From assembly GCA_039809605.1 (NCBI GenBank), contig JBDHVF010000002.1, forward strand, positions 1-37,685: a DNA stretch of 37,685 nucleotides. Reading direction: 5' to 3'. The notes below the pieces were generated by a model that saw only the letters and a program-made list of their open reading frames with translations, did not search any database and was not told the origin of the DNA. This stretch comes from Polyangiales bacterium. Its GTDB lineage: Bacteria > Myxococcota_A > Polyangia > Polyangiales > Ga0077539. Made by a program: the position numbers and the translations under genes. Below, one piece after another: positions 27,418-35,339 of this stretch; the stretch's first letter is position 1; every line of letters begins with the position of its first letter.

Positions 27418-27717
27418 TCAGAACGTCCCCGCCCGCTTCACGAACGTGACCCTAGGCAACGACTCGTAGAGTGCCCCCGAGAGGTCGAACTCCCCGCGGG
27501 GGTCCACCGGCCGACTCTCGACGGCGGTCCACATCTCGGTCTCCCCCTCCCCCACGGGCACGTCCGCGAGGTACTGCACGACGACCGAGAGCTCGTCGAG
27601 CACCTGGTTGCCGACCACGCGGTAGCCGGGGCGGGTGGTGCGGATCACGCGCACGGGCACCGCGGCCTCCAGCACCTTGGCGCGGAACTCGTCGAGAGTC
27701 GTCTCGTGGATGCGCAT
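27418..27717 (-). CDS. Hypothetical 99-aa protein, last gene of the RHH/DUF6602 cluster
   Basis: ATG at 27717 with a GAAGGA RBS, 18 nt after the upstream stop. The composition is non-repetitive and protein-like (MRIHETTLDEFRAKVLEAAVPVRVIRTTRPGYRVVGNQVLDEL...). I recognise no family. Confidence 0.5.
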   Translation of the reverse strand: MRIHETTLDEFRAKVLEAAVPVRVIRTTRPGYRVVGNQVLDELSVVVQYLADVPVGEGETEMWTAVESRPVDPRGEFDLSGALYESLPRVTFVKRAGTF

Positions 27718-27735
27718 GGGATCGGTCCTTCTCGA

Positions 27736-28647
27736 TCAGATGGGGAGCGACGGGCACCCCTCGCCGGGGGCCTTCGGAGTCGCAAGGTAGCTCTGCACGA
27801 AGGCGAAGGCCCTGTCGACCCGCGTGCGGTCGCCGGGGACCGTAGGGGCGACCGCGAGGAGGAGCTTGCCCACGGCCTCGACCACCGCCGAGCCGTCCTT
27901 CGAGTTGTCGGCGGGGCAGCGGAAGAACTCGTAGCTGGGCGGCGCGAGGTTCTTGAACGCCATCGCGCCCGAGACCGAGAGGATCATGTCGGGCAGCGCG
28001 AACGCCCCGAGGGCCGCCGCTTCGACGCTCCCCGCGGGCATCCGACCGCGCGCCGCGAGGCAGAGCGCGAGCCACTCACGGAGGCGCTTCGGGTACACAG
28101 GCGCCCCGTACGAGAGCAGGATCGTCTGCACGCTCTGCCCGGCGTCAGGAATCGCGAGGCGGAGCTTCCCGATCTGCACGAGCGCATCGAGAAAGGTCTG
28201 CGCGCTGCCCTCTCCGCCGGTGGGCGCGCCCGCCTCCCCCGGCTCGTCCGCAACGGCACCGGGTGGCCGTGCGAGGGCGCTCTTTACCTCCACCACCGCC
28301 CGCACCGAGTCGGGCACGACGATCGCCGCGTTCCCGACGCGCAGGAGCACGGGGAAGTCGAGGGTGTCGACGACCATGAGATCCGCCTGGGCGTTCGTGC
28401 GTCGGGGCATCCCGCTCTCGTCGAGTTGAGCGACCACGCCCGTCAGCACCTCGAAGCGGCGCGGCAGGAGCTCCGAGAGGAGCGCGCCGATCGCGCTCTC
28501 GCGCCCGGTGCCGACGAGCACGGGGTGGTCCGTGAGCGCCGCCACCATCTGCGCCTGCGCACGGAAGCGGGCGGAGAGCAGCGCCTGGAGCGATGTCTCG
28601 ATCGGTCGCGTCGCCGCCACGCCGCGCACTCTATCACCCCGCGCCAT
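27736..28647 (-). CDS. DUF6602-family protein, PD-(D/E)xK nuclease-like
   Basis: HPVLVGTGRESAIGALLSELLPRRFEVLTGVV...NAQADLMVVD...IVVPDSVRAVVEVKSAL follows the DUF6602 pattern (kG...E..wr.fL...LP.ry.v..G.vid..g..S.QiDivIyD ... ip.esV.aviEVK..l). The D ... E-V-K arrangement is that of restriction-endonuclease-like folds. ATG at 28647 has a GGAGG RBS, with an alternative ATG at 28665. Confidence 0.7.
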   Translation of the reverse strand: MARGDRVRGVAATRPIETSLQALLSARFRAQAQMVAALTDHPVLVGTGRESAIGALLSELLPRRFEVLTGVVAQLDESGMPRRTNAQADLMVVDTLDFPVLLRVGNAAIVVPDSVRAVVEVKSALARPPGAVADEPGEAGAPTGGEGSAQTFLDALVQIGKLRLAIPDAGQSVQTILLSYGAPVYPKRLREWLALCLAARGRMPAGSVEAAALGAFALPDMILSVSGAMAFKNLAPPSYEFFRCPADNSKDGSAVVEAVGKLLLAVAPTVPGDRTRVDRAFAFVQSYLATPKAPGEGCPSLPI

Positions 28648-28743
28648 CGTGGCCTCCGGCTTCATGTGCGCTTTCCGTCAGCGTCGCGCAGCTCGCCGTC
28701 GGCGCCGCACGCTGCGACCCGGTCCGCTGCCCGCACGATCCGC

Positions 28744-28929
28744 TCATCGATTGGCCTTGGGCGAGACGAGGTCCAGGAGTTCCGCCAGCAGGTGAAGCGC
28801 CCGCGCGTTGTTCCCCGTCCCCACTGCCGCCGCGATCTCGAGCACCTTCTCCCGGAGCTCCGCAGGGACGACGATGGGCCTCTCGACCCTCTCGGGATCG
28901 GCTCCCGCGGTAGCCAAACCGGTAGCCAA
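28744..28929 (-). CDS. Possible ribbon-helix-helix (CopG/Arc-like) small protein
   Basis: RPIVVPAELREKVLEIAAAVGTGNNARALHLLAELL has the strand-helix-helix spacing of RHH proteins. Only TTG starts are available (28929 or 28917) and there is no good RBS, so coding status is uncertain. Confidence 0.4.
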   Translation of the reverse strand: MATGLATAGADPERVERPIVVPAELREKVLEIAAAVGTGNNARALHLLAELLDLVSPKANR

Positions 28930-29044
28930 ACGCCCGTCAGGCGTCGCTTCCTGTCCGAGCGCCCCTCCCGAACCCCTCGAAAATACGTCGTTTCGCGACA
29001 GCTCGCGACTCGTCGACGCGTTCGAGTCCCGTCCACCCCGCTAG

Positions 29045-29076
29045 AAGCCCCTGAGATCGCAAGGTCTCAGGGGCTT
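29045..29076 (-). terminator. 12-bp-stem hairpin just downstream of the P450 gene
   Basis: AAGCCCCTGAGA (29045-29056), loop TCGCAAGG, TCTCAGGGGCTT (29065-29076), lying 27-58 nt after the P450 stop at 29103. The T-tract (TTTTGCGTTT) is on the + strand side only, so on the minus strand it is a hairpin without a U-tract. Confidence 0.5.
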
Positions 29077-29102
29077 TTGCGTTTCGAACGCTCGTCGCGA
29101 AG

Positions 29103-30560
29103 CTACGCGCTCGCGTGACGCAGCCGCACGCGCATCGGCACGCCGCCCTTCGGACGCAGCGTGGCGTGCACCTCGGGCTCGACGGGCGCGTCGGTCACGA
29201 GCTCGAAGTCCGCGCGCTGGAGCAGCGTCGCGAGCACCAGGGCGCCCTCCATCAGCGCGAAGTGGTTGCCGATGCACACCCGCGGGCCGCCCGAGAACGG
29301 GATGAACGCGTGCTTCGACCGAGACGCCTCGGCCTCGGGCGTGAAGCGCTCGGGGTCGAAGCGCTCGGGGTCGGGCCAGAGGTCCGCGCGGCGGTGCGTG
29401 ATGTACGGCGAGAGCACCATCACCGACCCCGGCGGCAGGCGGTAGCCACCGAGGTCGAGCCCGTCGCGCGCGTCGCGCAGGAACATCGGCACCGGGGGCA
29501 TCAGGCGCAGGGCCTCTTTGAAGACGCGCTGCGCGAGGCCGAGCCTCGGGAGGTCTTCGTGGCGAGGGGGGCGGCCGAGCGCGTCGGCCTCGGCGCGCGC
29601 CCGCGCGTACACCGCGGGGTGACGCGCGAGCAGGTAGAGCGACCACGCGAGCGACGTGGCCGTGGTCTCGTGGCCCGCCACGAAGAGCGTCAGCACCTCG
29701 TCGCGCACCTGGCGGTCGCTCATCACGGCGCCGTCGTCCTCGTCCTGCGCGGTGAGCAGCCGGCCGAGGAGGTCTTCGCCGTAGGCCCCGCTCGCGCGGC
29801 GCTCGTCGATCATGCGCTGCACGCGGCGGTCGAGCAGCGCGACGGCCGACCGCATGCGCCGGTCGTCGTCGCCCCAGAGCAGCACCGGGCCGTGGAGCCG
29901 CTCGGCGAGCCCGCGCGAGAGCGCGCCGAGGCGCGCGGGCAGCGCCGGCGAGGCGCGCGCGAGCGCCTCGCGCAGCGCGATCTGCGCGATGGGGCGCAGC
30001 GACGTGACGCGCTCGCCCGCCCAGCGGATCGCCACCGTGAGCGCCGCGCCGATCTCGTCGGCCTCGGAGAAGGTCTCGGCGCCGAAGAGGGTCCTCCCCG
30101 CGACGCTCATCGCGATGCGCATGGTCTCTCGCGCGAGGTCGCGCGTCTCGCCGTCGCGCCACGAGCTCACGTCGCGAAGGGCGCACTCGACCATCGCGTC
30201 GCCGTAGCCCGCGATCTGCCCCGGCCGAAAGATCGGCGCCATGAGCCTGCGCTGCCTGCGCCAGAGCTCCCCGCGGCTGTTGAAGAGCCCCTCGCCGATG
30301 ACGGGGTAGAGCACGTAGCGCATCAGCGCGCCCTTCTCGGTCGAGGGCGCGCGCTCGACGAGGGCCTCCTGCACGAGCGCGGGGTCGGTCACCACCACGG
30401 CGTGCTTGTCGAGCAGCGGCACGCGAAAGACCCCGCCGCCTCCGCCGAGCTCTCGCATGAAGGCCAGCGGGTCTCTGCGCAGCAGCAGCGTGTAGTCGAG
30501 GCGCGTGCGCGCCGAGAGCAGCGGGATCTCGTCGAACCCCCGGAGGCCGTGCGAGCTCAT
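29103..30560 (-). CDS. Cytochrome P450
   Basis: Heme-binding loop FSGGPRVCIGNHFA, I-helix FVAGHETT, and an ExxR context (EALRL). ATG at 30560 (MSSHGLRGF). The track ORF 29103..30962 is 5'-extended. Confidence 0.9.
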   Translation of the reverse strand: MSSHGLRGFDEIPLLSARTRLDYTLLLRRDPLAFMRELGGGGGVFRVPLLDKHAVVVTDPALVQEALVERAPSTEKGALMRYVLYPVIGEGLFNSRGELWRRQRRLMAPIFRPGQIAGYGDAMVECALRDVSSWRDGETRDLARETMRIAMSVAGRTLFGAETFSEADEIGAALTVAIRWAGERVTSLRPIAQIALREALARASPALPARLGALSRGLAERLHGPVLLWGDDDRRMRSAVALLDRRVQRMIDERRASGAYGEDLLGRLLTAQDEDDGAVMSDRQVRDEVLTLFVAGHETTATSLAWSLYLLARHPAVYARARAEADALGRPPRHEDLPRLGLAQRVFKEALRLMPPVPMFLRDARDGLDLGGYRLPPGSVMVLSPYITHRRADLWPDPERFDPERFTPEAEASRSKHAFIPFSGGPRVCIGNHFALMEGALVLATLLQRADFELVTDAPVEPEVHATLRPKGGVPMRVRLRHASA

Positions 30561-30771
30561 GGCCCACGACGGTAGTCCCCCGCGCGCGCCGCGCGATGCG
30601 CAGCGACGCGCAGCGCGTGTCCGCCTCTGACCACCCGCGACGAGGGAGCGCGCGGTCAGATGTGAACACCCCGTGGCCGTTCGTGGACACCGCCGGTGCA
30701 CCGCGTTCGGCCACACTGCGCGGCATGCGCGCCGCGAGGGGTGATCGCGGCCCTGAAAGGATAGCGGATCG

Positions 30772-32703
30772 ATGAACAAGTCCCTCGCGCGAGCCCTCGC
30801 GCAGCTCTGCGTCGCCGGCCTCGCGCTGCTGCCTGCCGGGTGCTCCGGCGACGGCGGCGCGCCGGCGCAGTCCGACGGCGTCGAGACCTTCGCCAACCCG
30901 CCCGAGCTCACGCCCGACGCCGACGGGGTGTACCAGCTCCGGTACGGCCCCGCGGCGGTCACCCTCGAAGGGCGGCGCTACTGCCTGCGCGCGTACAACG
31001 GCTCGGTGCCGGGCCCCACCATCCGCGTGCGGGCGGGCGCGGACCGCCGCGTGCGGGTGAACCTTCACAACACCTTCACGCGGGTCGACGGGCGCGAGGT
31101 CTCGGGCATGGAGGGCCACGAGGCCCCGAGCTGCCACGACTTCAACCAGACCAACCTGCACTTTCACGGCGGCCACGTGCAGCCCAACTTCGCCACCGTC
31201 GACCCCGCGCACCCGTGCACCGGCGACGGCTGCGGCCCCGACGGGAAGTTCTACGGCGACGACGTGCTCATCACCGTGCCCCAGAGCCGCTCGGCCCAGT
31301 ACCGCTGGGACCTCGACGAAGATGGGCCCCACCACGAGGGCACGTACTGGTACCACCCGCACACGCACGGCTCGACGGCCATCCAGGTGGTCAACGGCGT
31401 GGCCGGCGCGCTCATCGTCGAGGGCCCGCTCGACGCCGAGCCCACCGTGTCCGCCACGCGCGAGCGCGTGATGATGATCAACGAGATCCCCTACAGCCAC
31501 GCGACCGCCATGGCCATGCGCGACGGCGACGCGTGCAACGAGAACAACCTCTCGATCGACAACTTCCTCTCGGTCACCGAGGGCATGCCCATCGTGATCA
31601 ACGGCCGCGTGCGGCCCCGCATGATCACCGCGCCGGGCCAGGTCGAGCGCTGGCGCATGATCTACGCCGGCACGCCCGACGAGATGGGCATGAAGCTCCA
31701 CCCCGCCCGCGACCCGAACTGCAACGGCTACGACCCGCTGCGCCGCGTGGAGATGGTGCAGTACGCCCGCGACGGCATCACCATGCCTCACTACTACCGC
31801 AACGACACGGTGTGGGTGTCGCCCGGCTACCGCGTCGACTCGTTCGTGCAGATGCCCACGGCGCCGCAGACGCTCTGCCTCGTCGGCCGGCGCACGCACG
31901 ACCTCGCGGGCAGCGTCATCGCGATCGTCGAGGTGCGCTCGGACCGCGGCGCCGCCACCACCACGCAGATGCCCGCCGAGTCGGTGGTCACCGCCCACGC
32001 GCCGCCCGTGACGTGGACGGGCAACGTCGACGGCGCGATGACCCAGGTGAGCTGCGAGTCGGTCACGCGCATCCACCAGCGCGTGGGCCTCCTCATGCCG
32101 CCGGTGCCCACGAGCTCGACCTCGACGATGTCGAGCGGCGGCGCGTGCGACCCGGCGCAGGGCCACGGCCCGCCGCCCTCGACCTCGGTGTGCGAGTGCC
32201 CCGCGCCCAACATCAACTGCCGCAACTTCGACCAGCGGCGCGCGAGGGGCTACCGCAGCGACCGCGTGGGCGTCGTGGGCCACAGCGAGAAGTGGGAGAT
32301 CGTCGCGCTCGACGGCCACCCCTTTCACATTCACATCAACCCCTTCGTGGTGTGCCCCAACGATTCGAACAAGGAGCCCAACTTCGCCCACTGGCGCGAC
32401 ACCTTCTGGGTGCAGGTCGACGACCGGCCGCGGCAGGTGCTCATGAACTTCAGCCGCTTCACGGGCAGCTTCGTCACGCACTGCCACAAGCTCAACCACG
32501 AGGACGAGGGCATGATGGAGCGCGTCGAGCTCTGCGCCGAGGGCGACCGCGAGTGCCAGTGCCAGCGCACCGACGCGATGGGCCAGTGCGTGAGCCAGGC
32601 GGGCTGCCAGGCGGACGACCGCCAGTGCGAGTTCGCCGCCATGGTGACGGCGTCGTACCCGCGCCCCCTGCCCCCGATGCCCGCCCTCTGCGGCGGGCCG
32701 TGA
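30772..32703 (+). CDS. Multicopper oxidase lipoprotein with a Cys-rich C-terminal tail
   Basis: Lipobox LALLPAGC. Copper ligand motifs LHFHGGH, WYHPHTHG, HPFHIHINPF and HCHKLNHEDEGMM. The tail reads CAEGDRECQCQRTDAMGQCVSQAGCQADDRQC. Confidence 0.9.
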   Translation: MNKSLARALAQLCVAGLALLPAGCSGDGGAPAQSDGVETFANPPELTPDADGVYQLRYGPAAVTLEGRRYCLRAYNGSVPGPTIRVRAGADRRVRVNLHNTFTRVDGREVSGMEGHEAPSCHDFNQTNLHFHGGHVQPNFATVDPAHPCTGDGCGPDGKFYGDDVLITVPQSRSAQYRWDLDEDGPHHEGTYWYHPHTHGSTAIQVVNGVAGALIVEGPLDAEPTVSATRERVMMINEIPYSHATAMAMRDGDACNENNLSIDNFLSVTEGMPIVINGRVRPRMITAPGQVERWRMIYAGTPDEMGMKLHPARDPNCNGYDPLRRVEMVQYARDGITMPHYYRNDTVWVSPGYRVDSFVQMPTAPQTLCLVGRRTHDLAGSVIAIVEVRSDRGAATTTQMPAESVVTAHAPPVTWTGNVDGAMTQVSCESVTRIHQRVGLLMPPVPTSSTSTMSSGGACDPAQGHGPPPSTSVCECPAPNINCRNFDQRRARGYRSDRVGVVGHSEKWEIVALDGHPFHIHINPFVVCPNDSNKEPNFAHWRDTFWVQVDDRPRQVLMNFSRFTGSFVTHCHKLNHEDEGMMERVELCAEGDRECQCQRTDAMGQCVSQAGCQADDRQCEFAAMVTASYPRPLPPMPALCGGP

Positions 32704-32706
32704 CGT

Positions 32707-33591
32707 TCACAGCCGCCCGGTGAACTCGCGCACGTGGCGCAGCACGGCCCTGATCTTCGGCACGTCGGAGAGCACCGACGGCACCACCACGCGGATCGGC
32801 CGGTCGCGCCCGACGAGCTCGGGCAGCACCGGCACCACGTCGCCCGGCTCGGTGCCGGGGTCGGGCATCATCGCGTCGGGCACGAGGGCGATGCCCTGCC
32901 CCGCGAGCACGCACTGACGCAGGAAGTGAATGTCGGACGAGACCAGCGTGGGCTCGACGGCGAGCGAACCGCCCGAGCGCAGCGGCCACACGCGCGCGTT
33001 CTCGCCGGGCGCCTGCCAGGAGAAGAGCTCGTGCGCGGCGAGGTCGTCGAGCGAGGCCGGCGCGCCGCGGCGCGAGAGGTAGTCGACGTGCGCGACGGGC
33101 CACTCGCGCACGCGCAGGAGCTCGTGCGAGACCCACGGGCCCGGCGGCGAGCGAGACCCGAGGTGCACCGCGACGTCGACGTCGTCGAGCAGGCCCCCGA
33201 TGGGGTCGTCGCTGAAGCGAATGTGCACGCCGAGCCGGGGGTAGGTGCCGCGCAGCGCGGTGAAGAGCGGCACGAGCGCGTGCGGCGGCATGCCCGTGGG
33301 CAGGAGCACCCGCAGCACGCCCGAGGGCTCCTGCCCGATCTCTCGGATGGACGCGACGAGCGCGGTGGCCTCCTGGATCATCAGCCGCCCGCGCGTCACG
33401 AGCACCGAGCCCGCCTCGGTCGCCGCGATGCCCTGGCGCGTTCGGCTCAGGAGCGCCACGCCCGCGCGCGCCTCGAGCGAGTCGACGCGCCGCCGCACCG
33501 TCGCGCGAGGCATGTTGAGGTTTCGTTCGGCGCCGAGAAACGATCCGGTCTCGACCACCGCGAGAAACGCGCGCAGCTCCTCCAGGTCCAC
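32707..33591 (-). CDS. LysR-family transcriptional regulator
   Basis: N-terminal wHTH LEELRAFLAVVETGSFLGAERNLNMPRATVRRRVDSLEARAGVALLSRT, followed by a LysR substrate-binding-type C-terminal domain. Confidence 0.9.
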   Translation of the reverse strand: MDLEELRAFLAVVETGSFLGAERNLNMPRATVRRRVDSLEARAGVALLSRTRQGIAATEAGSVLVTRGRLMIQEATALVASIREIGQEPSGVLRVLLPTGMPPHALVPLFTALRGTYPRLGVHIRFSDDPIGGLLDDVDVAVHLGSRSPPGPWVSHELLRVREWPVAHVDYLSRRGAPASLDDLAAHELFSWQAPGENARVWPLRSGGSLAVEPTLVSSDIHFLRQCVLAGQGIALVPDAMMPDPGTEPGDVVPVLPELVGRDRPIRVVVPSVLSDVPKIRAVLRHVREFTGRL

Positions 33592-33624
33592 CGCGCGGAT
33601 CGTACAACGGTTTCGCGCGAGGAA

Positions 33625-34071
33625 CTACGCGAGGGCCCTGGCGACCACGACGACGTTGCCCTCGGAGTCGGTGAAGTACGCCGCCTCGTCGCCCCACGGC
33701 CGCGGGGCGCGCGGCGAGAGGCACCGGGCCTCGGCGCTCTCGAGCCTCACGATCGCGGCGTCGAGGTCGTCGACGGTGACGTAGAGCTCCGTGGCGGTGA
33801 TGGCGCCGTGGACGACGCGCGCGGGCGCGACCCCGGTGTTGCGCGTGAAGCCTTCGCGCGCGTAGAGGCCGAGGCGCATGCCCGCGGGCAGCGCGAGCTC
33901 GACGTAGACCGGGGTCTCGACCGAGGCGCTCCACCCGAAGGCTTCGCGGTAGAACGCGACGGCGCGCGCGAGGTCGTCGACCGCGAGGATCACCAGCGAG
34001 AGGCGCGGGGGTAGCGGCGGTTCGGGCACGGCGGGCGAAGATACTCCCCTCGCCCGCGGTCTGCGAGGCAT
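33625..34071 (-). CDS. VOC-family (glyoxalase / bleomycin-resistance fold) protein
   Basis: LSLVILAVDDLARAVAFYREAFGW ... ELYVTVDDLDAAIVRLESA ... AAYFTDSEGNVVVV. A possible later start is GTG at 34030. Confidence 0.8.
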   Translation of the reverse strand: MPRRPRARGVSSPAVPEPPLPPRLSLVILAVDDLARAVAFYREAFGWSASVETPVYVELALPAGMRLGLYAREGFTRNTGVAPARVVHGAITATELYVTVDDLDAAIVRLESAEARCLSPRAPRPWGDEAAYFTDSEGNVVVVARALA

Positions 34072-34074
34072 GCG

Positions 34075-35316
34075 CTACCTCGCGGCGGGCGCCCAGAGGG
34101 CCACGGCCGCGGCTTCGCCGGGCACGTCGACGCGCACCGCGTCGGCGCCCGCGCGCACCACGCGGTAGCGCCCGATCGAGCCGCCGTCGTCGCTCGCGAC
34201 GAGCAGCGCGCCGTCGTGGGGCCCCGGCGCGGCGAAGGCCACGTCGGGGTCTTCGACGAGCGTCGACTCGGCGCCGCCCGCGAGGGTGCGGGCGAGGAGG
34301 GTGTTCGCGCGCGAGCCGTCGGTGCCCGCGCGGAGCGTGCGGTGGAGCGTCGCCGACGCGCCGTCGCGGGCGACGGCCTCGACGCGGCCCACGAGCTCGG
34401 AGGCGAGGTCGGTCACGGCGCGCGACTCGACCGCGACGCGGTGCAGGCTGGAGTGGGAGTTCCAGGGGCTCGTGGGCTCCTCGCTGTCGATGCGCGAGTA
34501 CGTGACGGCGGCGCCCGCCGCGTCGAAGCGCACGCGGATCGAGAGCCCCCGCAGCGACGCGCGCTCGGTGAGGAAGCGCCAGCGGTGCGACGCGAGGTCC
34601 GAGAGCACGAGCTCGAGGCCGCCCGCGCGCGGCGCCGTGCTCATCACGAACGCGAGCCGTCGGCCGTCGGGCGACCAGTCGACCGCGGGCATCACGTACT
34701 GCCCGTTGGCGCTCGCGACGGAGCCCCCGCCGCGGTCGACGTCGAGCACCACGACCTCCGACTGGTCGGGCGCGGTCGACACCACGGCGGCGAGGCGCAG
34801 GCCGTCGGGGCTCCACGCGAGGTGGTGGATGCCCACGACCGTCCCGTCGCTCAGCGGGGGGACGCGGTCGTCTTGCGAGGGCACCTCGTCGGTCACGCCC
34901 GTGAAGTGGAGCTGGCGGCGCCCCGAGCCGTCGGGCCGCTGCACCCACACCGCGAGCCTGCGGTCGGCGCCCGGCGCGACGTACGCGACGCGCAGCGGCT
35001 CGTCGGTCTGCGGCGCGTCCGCGGGGACGTCGGGCGCGTCGCTCGCGTCGGTGACGTCGCTCGCATCGGACGCATCGGACGCATCGGACGCGTCGGTCAC
35101 GTCGGACGCATCGGTCACGTCGGCGTCGGGCGTGGGGGCGTCGGGCCTGCCGAGGTCGGTGTCGGGCGCGTCGGGCGTGCCCGTGTCGCTCGCGTCGGCC
35201 GTGTCGTCGGGGAGGTCGGGCGCCGCGTCGGGCGTCGACTGCGAGGTCGACCCGCTGCACGCGGCGAGCGCGGCGAGGAGCGGGAGTGCGAGGCGCGAAG
35301 GGAAGGTCGTGCGCAT
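34075..35316 (-). CDS. TolB-like beta-propeller (PD40 repeat) lipoprotein with an Asp/Ala/Ser/Thr-rich linker
   Basis: Lipobox LLAALAAC. PD40-type LAWSPDGLRLAAV and VDWSPDGRRLAFV. ATG at 35316 with a GGAGA RBS. The track ORF 34075..37599 is a long shadow extension. Confidence 0.75.
   Translation of the reverse strand: MRTTFPSRLALPLLAALAACSGSTSQSTPDAAPDLPDDTADASDTGTPDAPDTDLGRPDAPTPDADVTDASDVTDASDASDASDASDVTDASDAPDVPADAPQTDEPLRVAYVAPGADRRLAVWVQRPDGSGRRQLHFTGVTDEVPSQDDRVPPLSDGTVVGIHHLAWSPDGLRLAAVVSTAPDQSEVVVLDVDRGGGSVASANGQYVMPAVDWSPDGRRLAFVMSTAPRAGGLELVLSDLASHRWRFLTERASLRGLSIRVRFDAAGAAVTYSRIDSEEPTSPWNSHSSLHRVAVESRAVTDLASELVGRVEAVARDGASATLHRTLRAGTDGSRANTLLARTLAGGAESTLVEDPDVAFAAPGPHDGALLVASDDGGSIGRYRVVRAGADAVRVDVPGEAAAVALWAPAAR
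35041..35127 (-). repeat. In-frame short tandem repeat encoding (D-A/V-S/T)n
   Basis: GCATCGGAC occurs three times in perfect tandem (35063-35089), inside an imperfect 9/18-nt periodic tract. It encodes DADVTDASDVTDASDASDASDASDVTDAS in the linker of the TolB-like lipoprotein. Confidence 0.6.
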
Positions 35317-35339
35317 GTCGTGGTCTCCGTGGGCGTCGG

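Noticed and set aside
29041-32499. A 1152-aa minus-strand ORF spanning the P450 and multicopper oxidase loci
   Set aside because: It is out of frame or antisense to two genes with diagnostic heme and copper motifs. Its composition is dominated by R/A/G/H/V runs. It is a shadow ORF.
35041-35127. A CRISPR-like or minisatellite appearance of the GCATCGGAC repeats
   Set aside because: The units are 9 nt, contiguous with no spacers, in frame, and inside a well-supported lipoprotein gene. It is a coding tandem repeat, not a CRISPR array.
32492-35260. A 922-aa minus-strand ORF across the LysR, VOC and TolB-like genes
   Set aside because: It is an extremely Arg-rich translation in a different frame from three ORFs with recognisable family motifs. 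It is a shadow ORF.
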